IMG/VR virus record: IMGVR_UViG_3300012346_000220
Coordinates: 83,826-99,355 of that record
Source: a virus
Taxonomy: Duplodnaviria; Heunggongvirae; Uroviricota; Caudoviricetes
Direction: 5' to 3' (one strand)
DNA length: 15,530 bases
Positions 6,750 to 14,355 of this stretch are shown piece by piece (position 1 is the stretch's first letter; each line of letters starts with the position of its first letter). The notes under the pieces are model-generated. The model was not told where the DNA came from, did no database searches, and was given only the letters and a program-made list of their open reading frames with translations. Both the position numbers and the translations under genes were made by a program.

Positions 6750-8267
6750 TTAAGAATAAGAAACCGATTCAAGATCACCAGACCCATTGTAAGTCAGGGT
6801 CTTTACTAAATCTATGCCCGAAGGGGTAGCACCTGACAGAGTAATCGTGCCCAAATCACCAGACCCCAAATAGCCCAAAGTCTTGATGATGCCGTTTGCG
6901 TAAGTGATAACCGTCAAGTCGCCCGAGCCGTTGTACGTCAATTCGTAATCAGAGGCTTTCAGGTTCTTGGAAACTGTCTCAAACGTGTCACCCAAAAAGC
7001 GGTTTTCGTCAATCGGCGTGACACGCACCATGATCTCGCCGTTTGTTGATTCGCTTGTAACTACAAATGCGGTAGGAATTTTCAAGCCTGTTAGCGGCTC
7101 TACGTTTGTGAGCTTTCCTACCTCAGTAGTAGAAATATATAAAACGTCACCCTCTGCCCATTCAGTCGTATCGAATCCGCGCACTTTGCCAGTGTCAACA
7201 ATAATGCCCGTTGCATTTTCTGCAATGTCAGCATTCGCCACACCTAAATAATATTTGTAATTATTAGGGTCTGTGCCATCCATCGGCGCAATTGTGATAA
7301 CGCCATTGTTACCAATCGTGCCAGTTGCCATTACGGGCGTACCCATAGGGATAACAGCGCCCGAAGTGTTACGGCCTGAGACAACCAGCTTAGATGATGT
7401 GCCACCACCCCCACCGCCTACTGGCACATAGGCTAAACCGTCCCACACGTACATGGTGTAAGGGTCTGTAGATGTGTCAAAGTACAAAATCTGTGCTTTG
7501 CCATTAACGGGGAAATTAGCCGTACCGTCTGCGAATTGCTGGATGGTCAAAGAGCCTGCACCACCACCAGAGGAAACCCCTGGCATTCCTTTCAGGTCAA
7601 CCCACTCACCCCATGCGCCTGTTGGCTTTTCAAAGCGTATGCGAGTGCCATCCCATTGGTGATTGGGCATATCGCCTGTGTCACCCTTTGGGCCGCGCTC
7701 GCCAGTCTCGCCTTTGTCCCCTTTGTCGCCCTTGTCGCCTTTATCCCCTTTGAGAGATGCCAAGAACTCAGACAACGAGCCATTGTTTCCAGCGGCAATC
7801 CAAAGATCGTAGGCCGATTGACCATCAAGGCCGATCAAAGCCTTTAGCCATTCGCCTTCAGTGCCTTCAAAGCCTTTTTGCAAAGCGATTTCATAGGCGC
7901 TTAAACCATCGGCGCCATTCAGCGACAAAAGCCAAGATTCGATGGAACCGTCAAAGCCTTTTGACACTGCAACCTGATAAGCATCAAGCCCGTCCAAGCC
8001 TGTGATTGACTTCACAAACTCAGCATCTTGCATGATGGATTTAGCCACCGATTCACGGTGTTCAATGGCTTTTTGCTGCGCGTCTAGTGCATCAGACAAC
8101 TCACGGTCTTGAAGGTCAATCAGAGCCTTTAAAACGTCTTCAGGGCCATCAAAACCAGTGTCTAAAGCGGCCATGTAACCGCCATCACGATAAGCCTTTG
8201 AAGCGAATTCCTCGATAGTGCCTTCGTAGCCGTTCAAACGGGCTTTGTCGTATGCAGTCAGGGTCAT
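6750..8267 (-). CDS. Mosaic collagen-like fibre protein
   Basis: 505 aa; AY-x4/5-G[FY]-x-G-x4-[WF]L repeats, 9 Gly-X-Y triplets, a HQWDGTRIRFEKPTGAWGEWVDLKG module, Gly linkers, a beta domain (DUF2190/cement-like by recall) and terminal LTYNGSGDL repeats; ATGA-coupled to portal. Confidence 0.75.
   Translation of the reverse strand: MTLTAYDKARLNGYEGTIEEFASKAYRDGGYMAALDTGFDGPEDVLKALIDLQDRELSDALDAQQKAIEHRESVAKSIMQDAEFVKSITGLDGLDAYQVAVSKGFDGSIESWLLSLNGADGLSAYEIALQKGFEGTEGEWLKALIGLDGQSAYDLWIAAGNNGSLSEFLASLKGDKGDKGDKGDKGETGERGPKGDTGDMPNHQWDGTRIRFEKPTGAWGEWVDLKGMPGVSSGGGAGSLTIQQFADGTANFPVNGKAQILYFDTSTDPYTMYVWDGLAYVPVGGGGGGTSSKLVVSGRNTSGAVIPMGTPVMATGTIGNNGVITIAPMDGTDPNNYKYYLGVANADIAENATGIIVDTGKVRGFDTTEWAEGDVLYISTTEVGKLTNVEPLTGLKIPTAFVVTSESTNGEIMVRVTPIDENRFLGDTFETVSKNLKASDYELTYNGSGDLTVITYANGIIKTLGYLGSGDLGTITLSGATPSGIDLVKTLTYNGSGDLESVSYS
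7668..7748 (-). repeat. Collagen Gly-X-Y repeat (GDK x4, GET, GER, GPK, GDT, GDM)
   Basis: Imperfect 9-nt tandem repeats, directly visible; nine consecutive triplets in the translation. Confidence 0.9.
7749..8000 (-). repeat. Three tandem ~28-aa repeats (G..AY..A...GF.G....WL..L.G)
   Basis: GLDAYQVAVSKGFDGSIESWLLSLNG / DGLSAYEIALQKGFEGTEGEWLKALIG / DGQSAYDLWIAAGNNGSLSEFLASLKG; two degenerate copies at the extreme N-terminus. Confidence 0.85.
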
Positions 8268-9604
8268 GCCAAACCTTTCTGAATGCGTGAGATAAGCGCC
8301 CGTGTTACTTCTTCGGTGTCGTCATCCTCGACATCTTCAATGATTGGCTCTGGCACGGCTGGTGGGTTTGCCATTTGCTCAAACTCCATTTGGCGAAGTT
8401 TTACCAAGTCGCTCAAAGCGTAATACTGCTGCTGTGTATATACAGACTCGCCACCGTCAACGGGGGCCATGTTCAAACGCTTACGGGCCTCGTTGATGGA
8501 TGCCACCTTCAAAGACTCGCCAGCGGTCTTAAAGCGGCTTTCTGTGTCCATGCGTGTCAGCCCTTCAAGGTCAAACTGCATATGAGTGCCCTGTGGCAAT
8601 CCAAGACCATCATCAAGCACCGACTCCATGCTTTCAATCAATGGCTGCAAGCACCCGGAATAGTACTCAAGGTTCAGCATTTCCACGTTGTTTGAGATCG
8701 GGGCCGATCCGCTACCAAGTTTGTAGCCGGGGTAACGGAAAGCGCGGCCAATGTCTTCAACAGTCCACTTCAATTGTTCGATCAATTGGGCATCAGTGGC
8801 CGATACGGTCATTCGCTCAAACTTTAAACCGTCACCCAAAACAGCAACCTTTCCAGCTTTTGCGCCGGAGTAGTTGTTATCCCAATGTTCTTTCAGGCGC
8901 TTTGCAGCGTCATCTGATATGCGTCCAGGCGCTGTGAGAATACCGCCGGGGCTTGATTTGTTCTTGAAGAATCCCGCGCTATTTTGTTGGATAGCATTGC
9001 CCATTGTTGCAGAATATCCACACGCATAGATCGGGCCGATGCCGACTAAGGGATGGAACAAACAAGCGTGACGATCATGGATGATTTCAGAGGCGGGGAC
9101 TGTCACATCCATATTGCCCGTCAAATTGTCTTGCTTGATTTGGTAGTAGACATCGCCGCTATCCGAAACCAGCACCGTGACAAATGATGGCTCCAAAATG
9201 AACAGCTTTTCTACCAAGCCTTGAGCGTTTTTAGACTTCAGGGCATAAGTATTTCCCGTCAACAGCTTGGACAAAAGCCAATGCTGCACAAACTGAAAGC
9301 GGGTTTGATACTGGTTTGGTTTGCGGATAAGTCTAGGAACTGCGCCCGTGCGCTGTTCTGTCAGGATGCCGTTATTGTCTTCCCGCATAACCGACAAGTG
9401 CAGCTTGGCAATATCGGATGAAATACCAGTAACGCAGGCGTAAATAGCAGAGAAACGAAAGAGGTTTTCTTTCGGGTCAATCTCAATGTTTTGCTGCCAT
9501 GCGCCGGGGTAGGACTCACGGATGATTGATTGCCAGCCACCAGCGCGACTGTCAACATTGTTCAGGGCTTTGGTTCGCCCAAACTCAAAGCCCATGAATT
9601 TCAT
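8264..9604 (-). CDS. Phage portal protein, HK97 family
   Basis: 446 aa; SAIYACVTGISSDIAKL, KPNQYQTRFQF, LLTGNTYA, GIGPI, PGGIL, GDGLKFE, DAQLIE, SINEARKRLNMAPVDGG. Confidence 0.97.
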   Translation of the reverse strand: MKFMGFEFGRTKALNNVDSRAGGWQSIIRESYPGAWQQNIEIDPKENLFRFSAIYACVTGISSDIAKLHLSVMREDNNGILTEQRTGAVPRLIRKPNQYQTRFQFVQHWLLSKLLTGNTYALKSKNAQGLVEKLFILEPSFVTVLVSDSGDVYYQIKQDNLTGNMDVTVPASEIIHDRHACLFHPLVGIGPIYACGYSATMGNAIQQNSAGFFKNKSSPGGILTAPGRISDDAAKRLKEHWDNNYSGAKAGKVAVLGDGLKFERMTVSATDAQLIEQLKWTVEDIGRAFRYPGYKLGSGSAPISNNVEMLNLEYYSGCLQPLIESMESVLDDGLGLPQGTHMQFDLEGLTRMDTESRFKTAGESLKVASINEARKRLNMAPVDGGESVYTQQQYYALSDLVKLRQMEFEQMANPPAVPEPIIEDVEDDDTEEVTRALISRIQKGLA

Positions 9605-9804
9605 TATGCGGCCTTCAGGTCTTTACGGGAATAGGTGCGTTTTGGATTTTTAGCTTCTTCTTTTTGTTCAACAGCTTCAGCCTGAACTGCTTTGGTTTCT
9701 GTCTCAGGTTCAACAATAGTGCCGCGCTTAACCAAGACCAAAAGACGCGCATCGCGGTCTGAATATTCACGAATTTGACCGGATTTCAATAGAACTTTGG
9801 GCAT
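9604..9804 (-). CDS. Small hypothetical protein between capsid and portal
   Basis: 66 aa; strong AGGAGG RBS at 9811-9816; TAATG-coupled to portal; basic C-terminus. Confidence 0.8.
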   Translation of the reverse strand: MPKVLLKSGQIREYSDRDARLLVLVKRGTIVEPETETKAVQAEAVEQKEEAKNPKRTYSRKDLKAA

Positions 9805-9824
9805 TTATGGCCTCCTATGCTTGA

Positions 9825-9854
9825 ATTTTAACCTTTTATGAATGAAATAGGCAA
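9825..9854 (-). promoter_or_regulatory. Putative promoter, motif copy 2 (TTGCCT-18-TAAAAT)
   Basis: Minus strand TTGCCTATTTCATTCATAAAAGGTTAAAAT, immediately after the terminator; 20/30 ungapped identity to copy 1. Confidence 0.55.
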
Positions 9855-9855
9855 G

Positions 9856-9879
9856 AAAAAGGGGCCGAGTGGCCCCTTT
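9856..9879 (-). terminator. Rho-independent terminator after the capsid gene
   Basis: AAAGGGGCC-ACTC-GGCCCC followed by TTTTT on the minus strand, about 20 nt after the capsid stop codon. Confidence 0.85.
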
Positions 9880-9899
9880 CCCGATCACCTTTTGGGCGA

Positions 9900-11780
9900 T
9901 TATGCGTAAGCTGCACCAGAAATGTACTGGCAGGCTGCGCTGCGGCGCTTAGACCAGTTGATGTAACGCTCTGCGCGGATAGCGATTTCGTTATGTTGGA
10001 ACATAGAACGAGTTGCCACCGAAGTAGGTGCGCTGTCCATCATCAAGGTAGCTTCGCGGCTAGTGTCGATCATCACTTGACCGTCATCAGCCAAGTAGAT
10101 TTCAGATGCGGCAACCAAGGCCACCACACCCGAAGGCACGTGCTGAGAAACGATCACTGGCAAGCCCAACAAAGTGCCGCCGTTCATGGTCATGCCAGGG
10201 AATTCGGCTTGGCCCAATGCGTTTTGCATCAAGCTGAATGCCAAAGCCTGTGTGCTTTGCATAATCCACACACCATCAGACAATGGGATATTGGCTGTGA
10301 TGAAGCGGCCCATCATGACTTTAGCGTCAACCTTGAACGCATCGTAATCTGTACCAGTTGCAGCCACAGCAGTAGCGCTATTGGTGATAGATGCAGGAGA
10401 CACGTTAGACACGGCAGCTTTTGCGGGGTTCACAAAATCCACATCCAAGCGAGCGATCAAGGCTTGAGCCAAGCTATCACGCACCAGCAATTCAGCGGAT
10501 GGGCTAGACATACGAACCAGCTCGTCAGTCAACACGGCAATGTTTGCAACCTTGGCCCAACGCAATTCAACATCATTGAAGTCAAATTTAGTCAGTGGCT
10601 TTGGAGCGCCCTCACCAACCCAGTAGCCTTCACCACCGCTTGTTTCGCCTTTGATTCGAACGTTGAATGGGATAGAACGCAAAGCAGGGATGCCCATTGT
10701 GCCAAACTTACCAATGATGGTTTGTGGGCGCAAGAAGCTAATGAAGTCACCAGCAAAGTCGTTATATTGAACCAATGGCTCGGCCCAAGTTGCATCGGTT
10801 GTTGTGCCAGATGCAACAGCAGCCTTCAAAACACCTTGAATGCGGTGGCTGTCAGGATATTGAGCTTTGGCGATTTGCTCGGCTTGCATCAGGTTGCCCT
10901 TAGCTTGAGCCAAGCACTTGGCGTAACGTGCGAATTCTTGACCAGGGGCCAAATTGTCACGCACGGTAATCACGCTAGAACGTGCAGCGGTAGCGGCTTT
11001 TTCGGTTGTACCTGCCACGGGGGTGGCAGTGTTCAGACCAGCTTGTTCAGCGGCTTGTAAGCGGCTCAGGTGCTTTTGCACTTGCTCGATTTCGGCCACA
11101 GCGTCATCGTGCTTGGTGGCTTCTTCAGCGTCCAAGGTGCGGCCTTCATCAGCGGCTTTGGTCAGGACGGACTTGACCACTTCGGCCAGTTCGGTTTTGC
11201 GGGCTTCAAAGCCCTTGATTTGTTCAGCAAACGTTTTCATTTGAGTTTCCTTTGGGGAGTGGATAGAGACTGTTTTCCCCAATGCGCGGGGCGTGGTTTT
11301 TGAGGTTTCGTCTGTTCGGCCAGTCGAGGCCAGTGACTTCACCATCAAAATGCTTGCTTCGGCGTTAGCCGGGATGGTCACGGCGCTCAGTTCAAACACT
11401 TCATAGCGTTTAAAGTGCATACCGTAACCATCAGCGTTCTTAAATTCTTCGTATTCTTTCGGGCGAAATCCGATGCTCAGACCTTTGACAAGTCCGGCTT
11501 TGATTTGCTCATAGGCTTCGTCAACGTAACCGATGCCTTTGGCAATTCGGGCGACAATCTCAATGCCTTTTTTCGTTACTTTGGCCTCAATCACCTCTCC
11601 AATTGGTTTGGAATGGTCATGCTGAGACAACAAAGGAAACGGCAAATTGAACTCAGCGCCAGCCGGGTCAACGATGTCGTTAGAGCGATCAGGGGTAGGA
11701 GTTGACGCGATGCCCCGAATAATTCGGTCATCACTTCCCATGCCCTTTTCAATGGTAAATAGCGAATATGCTTTGTTCAT
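9900..11780 (-). CDS. Fused prohead protease (HK97 type) and major capsid protein
   Basis: Protease motifs LLSQHDHSKPIG, GLSIGF and ELSAVTIPAN; then a coiled-coil delta/scaffold region; then HK97-fold capsid motifs WVGEGAPKP and AIRAERYINW. Start placed at ATG 11780 (MNKAYS, 626 aa) rather than TTG 11816. Confidence 0.93.
   Translation of the reverse strand: MNKAYSLFTIEKGMGSDDRIIRGIASTPTPDRSNDIVDPAGAEFNLPFPLLSQHDHSKPIGEVIEAKVTKKGIEIVARIAKGIGYVDEAYEQIKAGLVKGLSIGFRPKEYEEFKNADGYGMHFKRYEVFELSAVTIPANAEASILMVKSLASTGRTDETSKTTPRALGKTVSIHSPKETQMKTFAEQIKGFEARKTELAEVVKSVLTKAADEGRTLDAEEATKHDDAVAEIEQVQKHLSRLQAAEQAGLNTATPVAGTTEKAATAARSSVITVRDNLAPGQEFARYAKCLAQAKGNLMQAEQIAKAQYPDSHRIQGVLKAAVASGTTTDATWAEPLVQYNDFAGDFISFLRPQTIIGKFGTMGIPALRSIPFNVRIKGETSGGEGYWVGEGAPKPLTKFDFNDVELRWAKVANIAVLTDELVRMSSPSAELLVRDSLAQALIARLDVDFVNPAKAAVSNVSPASITNSATAVAATGTDYDAFKVDAKVMMGRFITANIPLSDGVWIMQSTQALAFSLMQNALGQAEFPGMTMNGGTLLGLPVIVSQHVPSGVVALVAASEIYLADDGQVMIDTSREATLMMDSAPTSVATRSMFQHNEIAIRAERYINWSKRRSAACQYISGAAYA
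11238..11252 (-). promoter_or_regulatory. Internal in-frame translation start (AAGGA-7nt-ATG) at the protease/capsid boundary
   Basis: CCAAAGGAAACTCAAATGAAAACG; would give a 446-aa scaffold-capsid product starting MKTFAEQIK. Confidence 0.7.
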
Positions 11781-11786
11781 GGACAT

Positions 11787-11816
11787 ATTTATACCAAAAT
11801 TGCATGAAGTGGGCAA
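11787..11816 (-). promoter_or_regulatory. Putative promoter, motif copy 1 (TTGCCC-17-TATAAA, with TGn extended -10)
   Basis: TTGCCCACTTCATGCAATTTTGGTATAAAT in the terL-protease intergenic gap; canonical sigma70 spacing. Confidence 0.65.
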
Positions 11817-11829
11817 ATTTTATTAGGGT

Positions 11830-13485
11830 TTACCCCAAAACAAGCATCTGATAACCACCACCAGCGGACTCAGGATTCAGGGAAATCAGCGAAACTGCAT
11901 CAAGCGCGGCCATTAAACAGTCGATCTTTCCAGACCCTGAACCCGCCTTTGTAATGATTACTGCGTTGCCCCTTGGCTCGACTTTGGCGTTAGATACGCA
12001 CCATGTCATTAAGGGTTGACCGCCGTGAATCATGGCTTTTTCAGCCAATTTGCGCTCTGCCGTTTTTATAGATCCGCTCATCCTCCAACCTTGAGAGATT
12101 CCAATGATCTTTTCAGGGGGTATATCTGCCCCGTGCAAGGCTTCGATGATGCCGCCCAATCCATGCGGGTCAACACCTATTTTGTCTAGCAGTCCAGAAG
12201 TCTCGACCTTGGCGCAAATCTCCGCGACTCCCTCAACATCCTGCCCAATCCTGTCCACAATGGTCAAATCACCGTCATTTTTGAAGTCATTAAAGCGGCT
12301 TGCCTCTTGTTTGTGGCGTTTCATCACGCTCGGATGCGCCCATGCGTGAGTCCATAGCATCCAATTTTGCTGACCTTTTATCCGTCCGATCACGGCCAAA
12401 CCAAGCAAGTCATCAAGGCCACCACCGTCAATTCCAATATCCGCGACCTCGCATTCGGCCAGGATTCGGTCTAATGTGACGGGTTTTGCGTCCTTGCACT
12501 GTTCCCAAAAGTCAGCGCCAGCCCATCCATCAGACTTTAAAGCCATGCCGATTTCGACATTTAAATGCTGAGATGCCCATCGCCTGAGTTCTTCCTCACC
12601 CGATGCTTCGGCTCCCTCATAGTCTGGAATCAATCGATCTACCGTGATTGACCGCCCGTTATTGGGTGTAACCATGTGCCAGTTGTTTGTGTTTCGCCAG
12701 TCAACATCACGGGGGAATTCGTACAGGATAGGCAAGACAGGGGCGATTAGCTTTCCATCCCTGACCGACCTAGCCTTTTGCAGTTCAGCCTTAAAAACCC
12801 CTGTTGGTGGTCTTTCTGACTGCGTGGTGATGGTAAGCAAAAAGCCTTCAGGCTGTGAAATAAGACCACCGCGAAGCTGTCCAAGCACTCGGTCAGCGTT
12901 ATGGTTTTCAGCGATAACGTGCAATTCATCCAGCAAAACCCCGGCAGGTTTCGCACCTGTCACGATCTTTGGATCAAAGGATTTAACTTTAAGGAATGCC
13001 CCTGTTGGTCGGTAAGTTACCTGTTTGATGTGGTCACGAACGTGGAATTTAGCCTTCAAGACTTCATCGGCTTCAATCATTCCGACTAGCTGAGAATAGG
13101 CAAGGTTCGCCACATCATGAGTCGGGGCCACCATCAGGTATTCAGCACGGGGACGGCGTGACATTAGCACCGCCGTTAGCATAATGGCTGCGCCTTTTGT
13201 GGTTTTCGAGTTCTTCTTGGGGACTAGTTCAAAGACTTCGCGGATATGCCGAACGTCATTTATCGGGTCATAGCTGCCAAACAAAGCGGCTACCAAATCC
13301 CGCGCCCAATCTCCGCAAGCCTCTGCCATTACGGGCTGTTTTGGCACGTCAGGAAGCCTCAAACGGTTAAAGATAGCCACCGCCCGATCAGACTCACCCC
13401 TAAACAATGGCAAATCAGGAACAAGCGTTCGGCCTGTCCTTATTCTGTTTTCCCAATCAGGGCAGGCGGTTAACCAATCACTCAT
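11830..13485 (-). CDS. terL: Terminase large subunit
   Basis: 551 aa; Walker A variant LVPKKNSKTT, Walker B VLLDELH, nuclease motifs IGIDGGGLDD, VDPHG and KIDCLMA. Confidence 0.97.
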   Translation of the reverse strand: MSDWLTACPDWENRIRTGRTLVPDLPLFRGESDRAVAIFNRLRLPDVPKQPVMAEACGDWARDLVAALFGSYDPINDVRHIREVFELVPKKNSKTTKGAAIMLTAVLMSRRPRAEYLMVAPTHDVANLAYSQLVGMIEADEVLKAKFHVRDHIKQVTYRPTGAFLKVKSFDPKIVTGAKPAGVLLDELHVIAENHNADRVLGQLRGGLISQPEGFLLTITTQSERPPTGVFKAELQKARSVRDGKLIAPVLPILYEFPRDVDWRNTNNWHMVTPNNGRSITVDRLIPDYEGAEASGEEELRRWASQHLNVEIGMALKSDGWAGADFWEQCKDAKPVTLDRILAECEVADIGIDGGGLDDLLGLAVIGRIKGQQNWMLWTHAWAHPSVMKRHKQEASRFNDFKNDGDLTIVDRIGQDVEGVAEICAKVETSGLLDKIGVDPHGLGGIIEALHGADIPPEKIIGISQGWRMSGSIKTAERKLAEKAMIHGGQPLMTWCVSNAKVEPRGNAVIITKAGSGSGKIDCLMAALDAVSLISLNPESAGGGYQMLVLG

Positions 13486-13901
13486 TGAACAGGGCCAGAG
13501 GGAAGCAACTCACCCCAGCTAGTGCCTTCATGATTTGTCTTAGCTTCTTCCTCGACCTGTTCTTTCTTGCCTAGCTTTTCGTCAACGGTCTTTTTGGCGT
13601 AAATATAGGGAAGCAAGGCTTTTGCTGCGTCAATCCGAAAACGGTCTTCAACCCCTGCATCAGTCATTACACCCGTCAAAAACTTTAGCGGGTCTTCATG
13701 TTCTGGAATGTCAGTAACCCGGATTTGCTTTTTGTCTTGGGTTTGCTTTTCAGGTTTTGTTTCTGATTTCTTTGGTTTGACCGCTTTTGCTTTCGGCTCA
13801 GGCTTTTGATTTGCCTGAATAGTAAAGCCCATCCCAATCGGTTTACGACCAGCGCCAGGGCGAAAACCACCCCATTGTTTTTCGTCTGTCTCTTGTTTCA
13901 T
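13482..13901 (-). CDS. terS: Terminase small subunit
   Basis: 139 aa directly upstream of terL (ATGA overlap); WGGFRPGAGRKP and PLKFL...RIDAAKALLPY...GKKE motifs. Confidence 0.85.
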   Translation of the reverse strand: MKQETDEKQWGGFRPGAGRKPIGMGFTIQANQKPEPKAKAVKPKKSETKPEKQTQDKKQIRVTDIPEHEDPLKFLTGVMTDAGVEDRFRIDAAKALLPYIYAKKTVDEKLGKKEQVEEEAKTNHEGTSWGELLPSGPVQ

Positions 13902-13944
13902 ATTAGACCTTCAAAGTTTGTTTCTTGATTTTAGACTAGCTCAG

Positions 13945-14020
13945 AAAAAAAATCTGTAAACGAGAAAGGGCGCGGTTTCTGAGGGTTGACCTCTTTTTTT
14001 AATAAATCTACCCCCCTACC
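13945..14020. other. Probable cos (cohesive end) region
   Basis: Non-coding gap between HNH and terS. Minus strand reads GGTAGGGGGGTAG...AAAAAAA...ACCGCGCCCTTTCTC...TTTTTTTT, a layout I associate with 3'-overhang cos phages. The exact cut site is not determinable here. Confidence 0.6.
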
Positions 14021-14046
14021 CTTGACGGTTTTGACAGTTTGGCGTG

Positions 14047-14355
14047 TCATATGTCCAAGGCTCCACCCGATGCGCGAATGCTGGCCTCTTGGCTGCTCTT
14101 ATCCTTATGGCAGGCAGTGCATAGGCTTTGGCGGTTGTTGTCTGACTCTTTGCCACCAGCCCATAAGGGCACGATGTGGTCAACCTCTACCGCTGGTGTC
14201 ACTATCCCTTGTTTCATGCAAATCTCGCAGGCTGGATTAGATAATAGCTTTTCTCGCCTGATCTTTTGAAGTGCTGACCCTCTTATGCGTGTGGTACTGC
14301 TTAGGCTTTGTGGGCCTGTCCTTAGCGTTTGGAGGGATGGCTTGAGGGTTTTCAT
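14047..14355 (-). CDS. HNH endonuclease, packaging-associated (HK97 gp74-like)
   Basis: 102 aa; CEIC...VDHIVPL.AGG...NRQSLCTACH..K; immediately upstream of terS. Confidence 0.93.
   Translation of the reverse strand: MKTLKPSLQTLRTGPQSLSSTTRIRGSALQKIRREKLLSNPACEICMKQGIVTPAVEVDHIVPLWAGGKESDNNRQSLCTACHKDKSSQEASIRASGGALDI

Noticed and set aside
9993-11060. 355-aa plus-strand ORF
   Set aside because: Antisense to the capsid gene, His/Cys/Arg/Gln-rich with no recognisable motif; expected shadow of a codon-biased gene.
11781-11816. TTG start at 11816 for the protease-capsid
   Set aside because: No RBS; the TTG coincides with the -35-like box; MNKAYS at 11780 looks like the family N-terminus.
11800-11816. 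Sigma54 promoter reading of the late motif
   Set aside because: The invariant GG at -24 is absent.
13195-13230. Non-canonical terminase Walker A (PKKNSKTT)
   Set aside because: Walker B and nuclease motifs are intact, and I recall KKN-[ST]-K variants as normal for this terminase clade; not evidence of inactivation.
13928-13950. Possible fourth late-promoter copy before terS (GTCTAAAAT)
   Set aside because: The A-rich box is similar, but the TTCATK position is occupied by TTTTTT and no -35 is properly spaced.
13981-14000. Plus-strand hairpin GAGG-GTTGA-CCTC followed by T7
   Set aside because: The 4-bp stem is too weak and there is no plus-strand gene to terminate; more likely part of the cos context.
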